Assembly: GCA_964016885.1 (NCBI GenBank)
Contig: OZ024740.1
Span: 326,306,001-326,370,000 of the forward strand
From: Eledone cirrhosa
Lineage: Eukaryota
Direction of reading: 5' to 3'
DNA length: 64,000 nt
The position numbers and the translations under genes were made by a program. Shown here one piece after another: positions 51,721 to 64,000 of this stretch (the stretch's first letter is position 1; each line of letters begins with the position of its first letter). The notes below the pieces were generated by a model. That model did not search any database. It saw only the letters and a program-made list of their open reading frames with translations, and had not been told where the DNA came from.

Positions 51721-52349
51721 CGACTAATTCTGGTTTCTGAATAATCAACGGAGATGACCCAGAAAAATCCATATGGAATGTTGTAGAAAAAATCCATGTA
51801 GAATGTTGTTAGAGGAATTTTTTCTTTTTGAAATACTGCTAATTAATTTTCTTTTTTTCATATTCACACAACATCATATCCTATTTTTTTTTTTTCGGGG
51901 TCACCAATTATAACAGGACACTTTGGGTTGTATGTACAATGTTTATTATTTAACAAGGTTGAGCTATGTAGAGCAGAATAGTTGACATGCCAAGAGAGAT
52001 GAAATAATGAATTAAAGTTAGTTGTTTACCGTTTTGAAGTCATCGCGCATTAGACCAAGTTGTCTTTACATTACCATGTTCAGGTTGCCAGAGAGTATAG
52101 CCTCGGCGAACGCGCCTGGCCGAAGGGCCAGGCAGGTTAAAATAGAGCGAGATAGCTTTCAGCTCTCTCCTTTTATAGTTCCCCGGACCGAAGTGACAAA
52201 GAAGGTTCTGCCACCTCAACGGGAAGTAACTCCAGCCACTTCCTGTCTAGAGAGCGCTACTGGTGATGTGATCGTCATAACAAGGGAGGCAACTCTTGCT
52301 ACACAGTAAAGGCGCCCAAAACTTTAAGGTTTAGCTGGAATCCGACTTC

Positions 52350-53215
52350 AGGTCAGCAAATACAGTATTCTAGCAGACCATCTTCCACACCTGCTATCAA
52401 GAACGCGTCTAGGATTCTCTTCTCTTCAGAGAGATGCATCCTCGCGAGGTGGAGAGAATACTTTGTTGATCTCCTGAACCCAATCACAACAGCATCTTCT
52501 GATGTACACGAAGTGCATTTGGGAGCGATGACTAAGCTATCAGAGGCTGAGGTCACAAGAAAAGTTAAAGAGCTCAAATGTGGCAAGGCCGCTGGGGAAG
52601 ATGAAATCCGACCCGAGATGTTAAAAGCCTTAAATAGAGAAGGTATTCTCTGGCTGACTCATGTCTGCCGGGTGGCCTGGATCTCTCGAAAGGCAATCTG
52701 GAGTGATAATCCCAACTTTCAAAAATGGAGACAAGAGGGTTTGTTCCAATTACAGAGGGATCTCCTTGTTAAGCCTCTCTGGTAAAGCCTATGCTAAGTG
52801 TCTGGCAAAGAAATGCAGGGAGATTGTCGAGTCCAAGATAGCTGATGAACAGCGTAGCTTTTACCCCGGACGCAGCACAGCCGACTAAATATTCACACAG
52901 TGGCAGGTCTTCGAGAAATCGTGAGAGTATTGTCAAGAGGTATATTCTTGTTTTGTAGACATATGACCGCGTTCCACAGGACCTGCTGTGGAAGGTTGTG
53001 CAAGAGTATGGTATCGATAGTCAGCGTCTTGCTGCCCTGGTGTCTCTATACGATTGCCTGAGTATTTGTTCGGTTAAATGGTGCTACATCGAAACCGTTC
53101 AATATAGGATTCGGACTCCGCCAAAGGTGCGCACTGTCACCTCTCCTGTTCATTATTTTCATGAACAGAGTTGACATACGCAGTCGGGTTTGATGTGGTA
53201 TCACGACTGGCGGGA
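52350..53215 (+). mobile_element. RTE-clade LINE RT fragment
   Basis: RWREYFVDLLN, GKAAGEDEIRPEMLKAL, CSNYRGISLLSLSGKAY, F.PGRSTAD, GLRQRCALSPLLFIIFMN. Confidence 0.88.
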
Positions 53216-53336
53216 AAAAAATCAACTTCTTTCATAAAAAACAAAAAAAAACATATTTATTCCCTTACATGTTTCAAAGGTAATGTACATCCAATTTTTT
53301 GAAATGGGAAACATTTCGCATTTATCATTATTATTC

Positions 53337-53530
53337 GGTGGATTGGCAGTATCGGTAGAGGATGGGACGCCATGCTTTGCATCAAAGAGTTACGGCCCTT
53401 TATGGTCTGAGTTCAAATCCCGCCGAGGTTAACTTTGCCTTTCATCCTAACGGGGTCGATAAAATGAAGTACCAGTAATACACTGGGATAATTGCTGGCC
53501 TTGTTCCAAAAGTAGAAACAATTATTATTA
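53337..53530 (+). mobile_element. tRNA-derived SINE (family A), full length
   Basis: A-box-like TGGCAGTATCGG, B-box GAGTTCAAATCC, conserved core and (ATT)n tail. Confidence 0.88.
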
Positions 53531-54002
53531 TATATAGCCATCCTTGTACATACACTCTCCTCGGAATTTCAAAATTAATGGGAATATGAGTGGAATATCA
53601 ATTTTACCATTGGCAGGAATGATGAACCTAACACATGCATCATCAGTACAGTGTAAATATTAAAAAATTAAGAGTTTTTCAATGTGGTTCTTGTGTCTAG
53701 TTTACTAACTTTAAAGAGATAAACAAATAAATGAAAACGTTTATTCAAAAACAAAAACAAAAAAAATATTTAACTTCTAGTAAAGGGAAATAATTCATGA
53801 AACGAACCCTCTGTATTTTTATTCAAATTAAAAAGAATAGTGTTTATCACCTAATAAGGACATTTTCACATCCACAAATACATATACTTATATAGGCTCG
53901 TTAGTGTTCCTGTATTCCCATTCATTTTGAAACTTTTATCACCTCTCCGAGGGCATTCATTTAATTAATTTCAAACGTTTACCTAGCAACTTGGTGTATA
54001 AG

Positions 54003-54160
54003 GTAAACTGATATCACCACCAGAACCAGTGACAGAATTCAATGTGAGGGAGTCGAGCCTGAGTGAAGTGAGAGAGATAGTAACAAGGGGAAGATCTAGC
54101 GTAGGACCGGGCCCATGCAGGTTTCTCTATAGAGCTAGTAAGAACTACTCAAACTGCTCC
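54003..54160 (+). mobile_element. HERO-like RLE non-LTR retrotransposon fragment
   Basis: KLISPPEPVTEFNVRESSLSEVREIVTRGRSSVGPGP..LYRASKN resembles the pre-RT P.EP..F....P.L.EV..V.KARS.SAPGP.G.PY.VYKN motif. Confidence 0.55.
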
Positions 54161-54429
54161 AGCAGTTTTGGAGTGTTCTACACGTTATCATCCAGTCATA
54201 GAGCCTTGCTGAAGGTGTATATCATAATATAATAAAGGGAGGAATGCGGGATTGGTTCATGAATTTTTTTTTATCCCGTTAGTAAAATAAGTTGGATTAA
54301 TTTGAATAAATAATGAATGAATATTACAAAATTTATGTACTAAATTTCGTAGCTGTTGATTAAACATAAATATTCTTATATATAATGATTGCTTATTTTA
54401 ACATTCACTTCTTTTAAAATGTTCAAATG

Positions 54430-54803
54430 TCAATACTTCCGGTTATGATATAACGGACGCTATATCATATCGCTTGTATAAACGTTCATATATTTGCATC
54501 GTTATATCATAACTTTTATATTTCCATCGCTAATTTTCTCTTTTTTCCTTTTCATTACATTTCACCGTAATGCAGTTTATATATAATATCGTCTTTTTAA
54601 AATATACGTGGATTACTTTACTGATTACAGAAGACAGTGTAACACAGTCTCTTTTCAATTTCTGTGCATATTGTCAATTACGATTTTATTTGACGTATCA
54701 TATCTACATGCGTTTAATATCAATATCTATTTGCGTATAATATCAATATACAAACAACACATGCTCGCAGAAAACCCCTCGTTGAGTGGTTTTCTGCTAG
54801 TAT
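54430..54803 (+). mobile_element. Helitron 3' fragment
   Basis: Ends GCAGAAAACCCCTC-GTT-GAGTGGTTTTCTGCTAG|T; inverted homolog of 17144-17400. Confidence 0.6.
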
Positions 54804-55139
54804 ATATAGAGGAGAAATCAGAAATCAGCCAATTCTGCTTAATCTCATGGCTTAGCAGGGAAAGTAAATTTTTTTGTCAATGAGATTCTTTGACTTTCTG
54901 CTGAGGAACAACTACATTGACACTTCAGTACAGAAAGAAGATATTTTGCGAGTCCCTGGCTACCTTAAACACATAGGTGTGGCATAGAGAGGCAAGGAAA
55001 CTCAGAGGGTGCCTGGTGGTGTTGTGGTTGCATCTGTCCAAGCAGGTCAAAGTTGTATTGAAGAAACACCGTGTAACATAGAAGGTAGAAATTCTCATCT
55101 TGGAGTGCTACAGAATCCTCTGGCCCCTACTGATCCATG

Positions 55140-55780
55140 AAGTCGCATGATTAGTGGAATGCTTTGAGTGCAAAGTAAGTAGCCATCTTTGTAGTTGGCT
55201 GGGTGTGCCTTGCAATTGGAGTAGCATTAGAGTGTATGGGAGCAACAACAAGCTCACATATCCAGTCAGGTCAATCGAAACGGGCCCTAGTTCGGGTAAA
55301 TATCCCTTTAGTTCTAGAGCCAGCTGGATTATCCAAAATTGATAGGAAGGGACCAGACTCCATTACCCTTGTCTCTGGTTAAGAGGTAGGTGTCTCATCT
55401 GGGACATTACTGTCAGTGACTCTTTTGCTCCCTTCCACATCATGGATGCCGCGGTAAATGTGAGGGTCACTGCTTCCGTTGCCGAACGGAATCAGATTTG
55501 AAACACTTGGATCTATCTAATAATTATTTTTTCCAGCCTGTGGTGTTCGAGACGTTTGGTGGAGTTTGGCCGCTGACAACGAAGTTCTTGTCATCAGTGG
55601 CGGTTCGCCTAACTGAGGTGTCAAGTGATGCCCGTGAGGGTGTCTGGTTGTTTTAGTGCCTTAGCCTCGCCATCACCTGTGGTAAGGCTGTGTGCGTATT
55701 GGCTTGCCTCAAAATATCCCGTTGACCTTTGTGATGTGCGGCCGATTGTCACACTTGGTGATGAATTGATGGTCGTTTTT
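55140..55780 (+). mobile_element. Old CRE 3' (RLE) fragment
   Basis: DRKGPDSITL..W.RGRCLIWDITVSDSFAP and YFFQPVVFETFGGVWPLTTKFLSSVAVRLTEVS. Confidence 0.72.
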
Positions 55781-56340
55781 GTTTTTGCTTCTCCCCTTTT
55801 CCCTTCTTTCTCTCACTCTGATCATATATTTTGGTGCGTTGTTTTTGTGAGGTTCCTAGCAATAGTTAATTGTATTTGTTATGTGCTTATATTTGTTTTC
55901 AAAGACATATTTGTGATATTTATATTCTGTAAGCATTTCGATGTTTTTTATGAAGTGTAAAATAATCAGAGAAGAGTTCATAATGTCATGCGTATGTGAA
56001 AATCATATCAAAGGATTGTAAAGTTGCTGGTTCTCATTAAAACCACAGATATTGATATAAATTATAGGAAACCATTCGAGTTTTCTGTAAGTTATTTCCC
56101 TTGTAAAATATTGCTCTGTTATGTATTTCTTCTTCTTCTTCTTCTTTTTCTACTACTACTACTACTACTACTACAACAAACAATGTTTACATACGTCACT
56201 GACATTATTACACCACATTGTCATCATCATCGCTGCCGCCGCAACCACCACCACCAATATAATCATCATCTCTCAGCCCCATTTTCTCTTTTCCTACAAA
56301 TATTTCATATTTACTAGCCTTTTCGATAAGTTACAAGGTG

Positions 56341-57206
56341 GTTGCCGGTCCCTCTAAAGAACACCTATTTATTTCCAATAGACTTTGTTTGTAAACAAGT
56401 TAACTTTCATTGATACGACCGACTGTATTATGGACTAATTGTGACTGTTTTGCTTATTTAAATTGTTAGCAAAACTTTTCAATTCATCCATGTTTATTTC
56501 TATTTTTTTTCTTTATTTTTTTCGAATTAATAAACAAAAAGCAAGAATAACAACAAAAGGAAAGCAATATACTTTTACCACTAATAACAATAACAGCATC
56601 CGCAAATACGACATCAAGAGCAGTGGAAATACTTATATCTCTTAACAGCAGCAGTATTAACACCATCAAGAACTATCTCTCCAAACTGCAATAGCTACAA
56701 CGACGTTTTCTGTTTACTCTCAGGACCTCAGAGTAAAACTATCGAAAGACAAGAAACACGTAGACTGGTTGTTGCCGGTCCCTCTAAAGAACACCTATTT
56801 ATTTCCAATAGATTTTGTTCGTAAACAAGTTAACTTTCATTGATACGACCGACTGTATTATGGACTAATTGTGACTGTTTTGCTTATTTAAATTGTTAGC
56901 AAAACTTTTCAATTCATCCATGTCTATTTCTATTTTTTTTCTTCTTTTTTTTCGAATTAATAAACAAAAAGCAAGAATAACAACAAAAGGAAAGCAATAT
57001 ACTTTTACCACTAATAACAATAACAGCATCCGCAAATACGACATCAAGAGCAGTGGAAATACTTATATCTCTTAACAGCAGCAGTATTAACACCATCAAG
57101 AACTATCTCTCCAAACTGCAATAGCTACAACGACGTTTTCTGTTTACTCTCAGGACCTCAGAGTAAAACTATCGAAAGACAAGAAACATGTAGACTGGTT
57201 GTTGCC
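56341..57206. repeat. 430-bp tandem duplication (2 copies)
   Basis: 56341-56770 is nearly identical to 56771-57200; GTTGCC lies at all three junctions. Confidence 0.95.
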
Positions 57207-57478
57207 ATTACTAATATAATATACAAATTCTATTGTAGCTAAGGGGGTTGAGTCCAGTTGATTGAAACGCCTATTGTATATTACTGGTGCTTTTCGGAAA
57301 TCTATACTGGCAACAAATTTACAAACATACTTGCACTCGCCAACACTCACACATACATATTCCCATATAATTATACATAATATATTTAAAATAAGCAACA
57401 GGCACTAAGTTGCATCCGCTTTCTGTTCTTTTGAGTTTCTTTGTATGTTAGAAAAATTTTCTTTAAAAAATAGAGAAA

Positions 57479-58111
57479 ATGTATCATAAAATCTATGATC
57501 TTGTAGATTTGGCATTGGCCAACCCCAAAATAGGAACAGTAAACCATTTTATGTTGTATACTTTATTACATGCACTTATTAAACGTCTAGGTATTGGCAG
57601 CACCAGAGTTTATGTTTCTGAGGAACAAAAGGAAATTATATTAAAAAAAAATTCAGATCTAAATTATCATTCAGATGGTTCTATAAAGTCCTCCCAGAAA
57701 GGAAGCAGTGCTTCCTCAATTGAATTTCAAAGCCTAGGCTCAGTTATAGCCATTATACCAGAACAGAATAAAGAATTATCAAGAACAACTTCTAGGCCAT
57801 CAACAAAAGATTATGTAAGGGAGCATTCAAATAGAAATTTAAAACATAGATATGACAGTCTAGGTCACCCATTTGAAGCCCTGAAACCTGTTACTGGAAG
57901 TTGCAGTATACCTTCAGTTGGAATTGAAATTGATTCAAAAGATGGAATAGCTAAAAATGGAGTTCCATTTCTTGAATATAAGATGAATGAAATTGTTAAT
58001 AAACTAAGACATTTACCATCAGAAGAACATGTGGAAATATTTTTTGATATCTTTTCAAGTGTTATACCAATTACAACATTTGAAAATGGCCAAGACAAAT
58101 TATTAGAAGAG
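57479..58111 (+). CDS. Probable first coding exon of a QRICH2/C16orf96-like protein
   Basis: N-terminus YDLVDLALANPKIGTVNHFMLYTLLHALIKRLGI resembles the QRICH2-type L.DLAIG.PE.GAVNF..LH.LL motif. The 211-codon open frame ends at phase-0 donor GAG|GTATAT. Confidence 0.6.
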
Positions 58112-58779
58112 GTATATTTAGTTTTTTCTTTCTATAAATAGAAATGCACACACTTCTACATGTGTGTGAATATATATACATATACATTATCATCATCATC
58201 AACAACACAACTCTACTTTCATCAGCTCTCAAACCAGCAAAATGGTTTCACACAATTTAATTGAGAGTACCATTTTAAAATGCTGGATCGTGCAACAGAG
58301 AATTAAATCTTACTGCTGGTATGATATGCTATCATCACCATCATCACCATTTTACATCCATTCTTCTATGCTAGCATGAATTAGACGGGTTGTCCTGCTG
58401 TGGGCAGTGACAGGTTGGGTGACCTTGTCTTGCTCATACGGGGACTGATTTTGGCTTGATTTCTACAGCTGGATGCCCTTCCTAACACCAACCTCATTTA
58501 CAGTGAGTGCTGGGAGCTTGTTTCCGTGGCGCCTACATGACCACTTTACAGTGTGGGCTGGATGCTTTTTTGTCGTGACACCTCCACGACTACTTTGCAG
58601 TAGGAGGGGATGGGGGCATATTGTCTAAATGCTTCAGTGTCGGCTTGTTCCCGTGGGAAGTCGGGTCCTCTGTATGTGATAAGATAAAGAACACAAAGAT
58701 AAAAGAAAGAATAATAATAAAGATAAAGATAAAATAAAGAACACAAATAGAAGGATGAAAGAAAGCAAATAAAATAAAA

Positions 58780-59230
58780 TAATAGGATAGTGACCCTCAG
58801 GTTGTGGTGTCTGTCCTAAATAAAAAGCTAATCATAGCTTTGATAAGGTTAAAACAATGTTGTCTCTGATCGAGATGAAGCGAGACTATGTGAATATATA
58901 TAAAAATGAGAAAACCTTGACTGCAAAGAACCTAGAGGGAGGTGTGGCAAGTATCCCCCAGTGGATGTGTGCATTAGTGAAATGAAAAAGGGACTATATG
59001 AGGGGAATAGAAAGTAGTGTCTAAGGGGGAGGACTGCAATGGTATAGACATATGCATGTGGAAGATAACAGCTGTATAAGGCGGTGCAGAAAAATCTCAG
59101 TGGATGGAACTTGAGGAAGTGGCAGACCTAGGAAGACATGAGATGAGGTAGCTGAACCTCACAACAGATGATAAAGGGCTATGAGAGCTGGCACTATTCT
59201 GTACTGATGAAGACCCATCTACAAGTCTAG
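58780..59230 (+). mobile_element. Highly decayed RTE 3' fragment
   Basis: RRGLQWYRHM.., GSGRPRKT*DEV remnants. Confidence 0.5.
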
Positions 59231-60634
59231 AACTTGATCTGACCTGACTTGTCTTTGCATTGCCCCTTCCCCCACTATCACCTCTTAGTAGTTATGTCCA
59301 CTATCACTACACCTCCACCCCTCCTTGCCCCCATACACACAACCCCCACCCCATGTAGTATCTATTTTCAGCATCACTGTACACCCCCACACTGTTCAGG
59401 ATCCCCTCCACCCCTCCTAATTTCTAAACACCTACATACATACACTCTATTCAGGGTCACTGCAAGCCTATTCTACTCTAATTTACCACTGCTAAACACT
59501 GACACAACAGTCCCTACCCCCCAGTACATGCTATCACTGTAGTCCCTTCAACACTGCAGGAGATCTACCACCCTATCCCTAACCATAGAGTAAAGAGGGC
59601 TCTTCAGTTGAGTCAATGATGACAACCTTTCTAGTAACAGTGCCACAATAAATTCTCCAAGTACACCCTGCAAGGTGATTGGCATGCAGAAACGATGCCT
59701 AAAAGTGTCAAGGGGATCTTTTAATTGTAGTGGGGGCATGACAACTCCATTAGTGTTGGTGATCAACATGATGAATGCACCAAATACACTCTGTAAAGTG
59801 ATTGGTAATAGGTAGGGCATCCAGTCATAGAAAATCTGTATGCTTCTCAGGGGTGGTGGGTATGGACTCCCCAATAATTATATTTTCTCCCCAAACTATC
59901 AAAACACATCTATTTGTAGATGCGCTACAATTTATGTACATGTTATGTTTATCACATATCGAAGTTGTCTGACCATTTTAGCGTGCAAAGAGCTAAACTA
60001 ATTACTACAACTAAAGCAACCAAATTACCCCCATTCAGAAATGCTTCCACCGCCCCTGCTTCTAGGTTTGGAATATTGTCTTTAGCTTCCTACAGATTTG
60101 GTTGTAAGAACTAGGTGATCAGCATACAGAAGTTCCTATGAACTTTTCTATTATGGCCTGAAGTGCAATGATAAACAGAAGGTGACTAAGGATTGAACCC
60201 TGCTATATCCCTACCTGTACGTATTATAAACTCTTATCAGTGGCATTTATCAACATTTTCCACTCTTTTTGTATTATCATCATCATCATTATTATCTATC
60301 CTGTATGATTACATTTCATGTTGTTTTCATCCTTCCCCCAACCCTCTCTATCACCCTTTCTTTCTCATCATCATTTCGAGCTATTGTCATTGTTGTCAAC
60401 ATTGTTTTTTGTTGTTTTTTAAATTATATCTGTCTTTTATTATTACTATAGATGAGCTATTTTAGAAAAATTCTTCATGACAACAACATAATGGAAATGA
60501 AATTAATTGGAATTGAAGTAAGAACATTTTTTTAGTATATTTGCATTACTTGCTGTTCTCCATCATAAATTCATATCATCCTTCTCATTGTCTTTCAACG
60601 TCATAGTCATAATCAACATCAGCATTATAATAAT

Positions 60635-60819
60635 TGTTTCTACTTTTTAGCACAAGGCCAGCAATTACCCAGTACATTACTGGTACTTTCTTTTATCGAC
60701 CCCGTAAGGATGAAAGGCAAAGTTAACTTTGGTGGGATTTGAACTCAGATCATAAAGGGACATAACTATGCTAGAAAGCATGGCATGTGACCCTCTACCG
60801 ATACTGCCAATCCACCGCC
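60635..60819 (-). mobile_element. tRNA-derived SINE (family A)
   Basis: Homologous to 53337-53530. Confidence 0.85.
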
Positions 60820-60914
60820 CTAGTACATAGAATAATGTACAAAAGTCAGGAAAGTGAACTGTATATGAGTCATGATACATACCTGCACACACACACACAC
60901 CACACACACGTGTG

Positions 60915-61090
60915 TGCCCGGGTATGGAGAGGGAATATCAGGTGTAGTGTTGGCAAATTTTGGGAAGCATGGAAGTTTTGGAGGATGCCATGTCCCGACA
61001 GCTAGCAACTGATGCAGGTAGTTTGTTCCATGCTTCAGCTACTCCGAGTGTGAAAATATGTTTCCGAAAGTCATGGGAGTTGTACTGTTT
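60915..61090 (-). mobile_element. CR1/L2-type LINE 3' end
   Basis: FRKHIFTLGVAEAWNKLPASVAS..SSKTSML matches the C-terminal R..FF..RV...WN.LP motif; (TG)n tail. Confidence 0.65.
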
Positions 61091-61240
61091 GTCATCGCCA
61101 TCATCATCATCATCATTATTATCACCATCCACATCATTATCATCAACATCATTATCACAATAATCATCATCAACATCATCACTATCATCATTATCGCAAT
61201 CATCTTCATTATCATCTTTGTCCTCGCGATCATCACCATC
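61090..61240. repeat. Degenerate (CAT)n repeat
   Basis: Direct reading. Confidence 0.9.
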
Positions 61241-61825
61241 ATGGACCAGGTAGTAATGTTAAACCATTTGGCAGATTAAGTCTACCACTCAAGTAGGCCA
61301 CAGTAGAATTTGAACTGAAAACACAAAGAGCCAGCATGCTTTTATGCTTTTCAATCCTTACTACATTGATAACACACCTGCTGCAATACAAATATATAAA
61401 TAGTAGAATTTTTTCCATATGCTGACGTGTATGTGTATATGTGTGTGTGGGTGTGTATGTGCATATGCATACATTTATATGTATGAGTATATAAATATAA
61501 ATGTGCAAACACAGACACGCTTCCCCTTCCCTTTACACACACATAATTCTCACAGGCAGCAGACGTAAAGGGAGAGGAGTAGTATGAGGTAATCAAACTA
61601 CTCCTCTCTCTTTACATGTAACAGAATTGCAGAAATTTATATAAATAAGCCAAAGGTTAACATTGTTACCAATGTCCCTGACCATCATTGTATTTCTCTG
61701 CCCTAAATACTGGAACGCAACAAATGTACAGGTGGTTGTGTGCTTTAAATTTTCTGCTTGTTTTGGAGCAGTATTATCACTCTCAAAACAGATGCACATG
61801 GTATTGTAGATTCTGCCTTGTTTAA

Positions 61826-62033
61826 CCCTTTAATATTTAAACCAGCTGTATCTGGCCAGATTTCTCTCACCTCTTTTTGTTCAAACTGGTCATAACTGGC
61901 CACACATACTAACATGGAGATATAGTTCTCAAAATAAATAATATCAAAATCTCATAGATTCAATATTATGTGAGATGAAGCTTTTACTGCTAAAATACAT
62001 TAGTATATATAGATTAATGTAAATGCTAAAGGG
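61826..62033. mobile_element. piggyBac-type MITE
   Basis: TTAA|CCCTTTAATATTT...AAATGCTAAAGGG|TTAA. Confidence 0.85.
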
Positions 62034-62139
62034 TTAAAGAAAAGGATTAAATCCCCATACATCTGTCAAGTCTTTCTCCATCTCTTCTTTTAAGGGGATA
62101 TGAAATTCCCCTCCAATTTTAAGGAAACAGTAATAGATA

Positions 62140-62538
62140 GGTACTGTTCTTTGAATCTTATGGCAGAGAAGTATTGTTTTTTTAATCTGTGGCAAAGAGG
62201 TACTGTTCTTTGAATCTTGTGGCAAAGAGGTACTGTTCTTTGAATCTTGATGTAGAAAGGTACTGTTCTTTGGATCTTGTGGCAAAGAGGTACTGTTCCT
62301 TGGATTTTGTGGCAACTGTTCTTTGAATCTTGTGACAAAGAGGTACTGTTCTTTGAATCTTGTGAAAAAGAGGTACTGTTCTTTGAATCTTGTGACAAAG
62401 AGGTACTGTTCTTTGAATCTTGTGGCAAAGAGGTACTGTTCTTTGAATCTTAATGTAGAAAGGTACTGTTCTTTGGATCTTGTGGCAAAGAGGTACTGTT
62501 CCTTGGATTTTGTGGCAGAGAGTTATTGCTCTTTGAAT
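62140..62538. repeat. 30-bp minisatellite (~13 copies; GGTACTGTTCTTTGAATCTTGTGGCAAAGA)
   Basis: Direct reading; variant units recur as a block. Confidence 0.95.
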
Positions 62539-62902
62539 AATGACTTCCCCATTTTCATACTTTCTCTCAAAAAAGATTCATATTCAGATATTCTGTCATT
62601 TACTATGACAGCAAAGGCGTCACTTACTTATGAAAATATTGAAATGTTTTCATTTGGCATGTAGCACGTTGCTGATGTCGACCAGCATTTTGGGCTCTAA
62701 AAATATTGTTTTCTCTTCTTTTATGTTCAACATTAATATCTTACTCTGACATTAAATTACTATTATTATTAAACCCTCTCTGTTCCTGTATTTTTGTATT
62801 GCTCCTATATGTAGGCCCTTGTGGCAAATAAAGAAAGAATTATTATTATTATTAATATTTGGTGCTATTAATATTTTAATATTATTATTATTAATATTAT
62901 GA

Positions 62903-63026
62903 ACTGAGTTCAAATCCCGCCGAGGTTAACTTTGCCTTTAACCCTTGCAGGGTCGATAAAATAAAGTACCAGTAATGTACTGGGTAATTGCTGACCTTGT
63001 GCCAAAAGTAGAAACAATTATTATTA
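62903..63026 (+). mobile_element. 5'-truncated SINE (family A)
   Basis: B-box through (ATT)n tail. Confidence 0.8.
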
Positions 63027-63338
63027 ATACCCTTGCAGGCAGGGAAGAGTGGACGGAAAAAAAAAAAAAAAATAAAATAAAATTTGGTATCTGAATGTGG
63101 CTCTCAGCATTTTGTCTAAACTTCTTGGGATGTCCAATCATTTATGTTACTCGTGGCCATGTTTGAAAACATAAAAAAAAAGTAAAAATTTTAAAGAATA
63201 CAAGAAAATGTCTAAAATGATGATCCTTTAACCCTTTCGTTACCATATTTCTTGAGCCCTTTTTTTAATCTACTGCACCAGTGCATTTATATTCCTTTTC
63301 AGCAATATAAGCCTCCATCTGTTTTAGAATAACTTTAA

Positions 63339-63559
63339 CCCTTTAGCATTTAAACCAGCTGTAACCAGCCAGAATTCTCTCACCTCTTTCTGTTCATACC
63401 GGCCATTACCAGCTGCTCATACTTATGTTAAGGTATTGTACTCATAATAAATAATATCAAAATCCTGTAGATTCGATATTATGTGAGATAATTATGTGAA
63501 ATAAAATGTTTACCATGAAAATACAATAGTACATATAGAGTAATGTAAATGCTAAAGGG
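63339..63559. mobile_element. piggyBac-type MITE, same family as 61826-62033
   Basis: TTAA|CCCTTTAGCATTTA...TAAATGCTAAAGGG|TTAA with perfect 14-bp TIRs. A further TTAA|CCCTTTCG end lies at 63228-63240. Confidence 0.88.
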
Positions 63560-64000
63560 TTAAATTGAACTTTCTCTTGTACATAGCAGTACATATGTTA
63601 TAAAACCTGAGATATGTAAAACCTCAACAATAAGATTTGAACACCAAGTATAGTGAGGCTGAATAAAATACTGAAATATATTTTAGTCTATCACTCTGTT
63701 GTTGGTAACATTCCAGTAATAATGATATTATTCACTTGTAACCTTTTCTTTATAGCTTAAGCTGGAAGAAGCTATTCGTAACATTGAGATCTTGGCAGGT
63801 GAGGATGTAACATTTATTCATTAACAAATAATAACTACACATTTTGATGCCATGACAATGAGCTCCCAGTCCACACTGTAAAGTTGTCATGTAGGTGTCA
63901 TGACAAAAATCACCCAGCCTACACTGTAAAGTGGTTGTGTTGGTGACAACAAAAAGCACTCAGTACACACTGTAAAGTGGTCATGTAGGAGTCACGATAA

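Noticed and set aside
53337-53425. tRNA gene
   Set aside because: A/B boxes run into a SINE body present in several copies; no cloverleaf.
62140-62538. CRISPR-like array (also 41395-41638 and 39415-39953)
   Set aside because: Head-to-tail repeats without unique spacers, no cas genes, eukaryotic context.

Overview
AT-rich, repeat-dense animal genomic DNA. The [10 protein letters not shown]-type zinc-finger array and the SINE/RTE repertoire suggest an octopus or other coleoid cephalopod (inference). Bases 1944-18327 recur almost base-for-base at 18528-34909 across a 200-N gap, most likely an unmerged contig overlap. That block is a nest of Helitrons. It includes a decayed, intron-containing RepHel element with a Merlin (IS1595-like) DNA transposon inserted at its 5' end, and several non-autonomous Helitrons. 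One of these appears to carry a type I hammerhead ribozyme (16010-16080, minus strand). The unique half holds a 22-finger C2H2 zinc-finger gene (minus strand) and the probable first coding exon of a QRICH2/C16orf96-like gene. It also holds a near-full-length decayed CRE-clade RLE retrotransposon with an N-terminal PHD finger, RTE/HERO/CR1 fragments, tRNA-derived SINEs, piggyBac-type MITEs, an 80-bp single-ended Merlin-like insertion with an 8-bp target-site duplication, long hairpins and tandem repeats. All calls are by eye; no searches were run.
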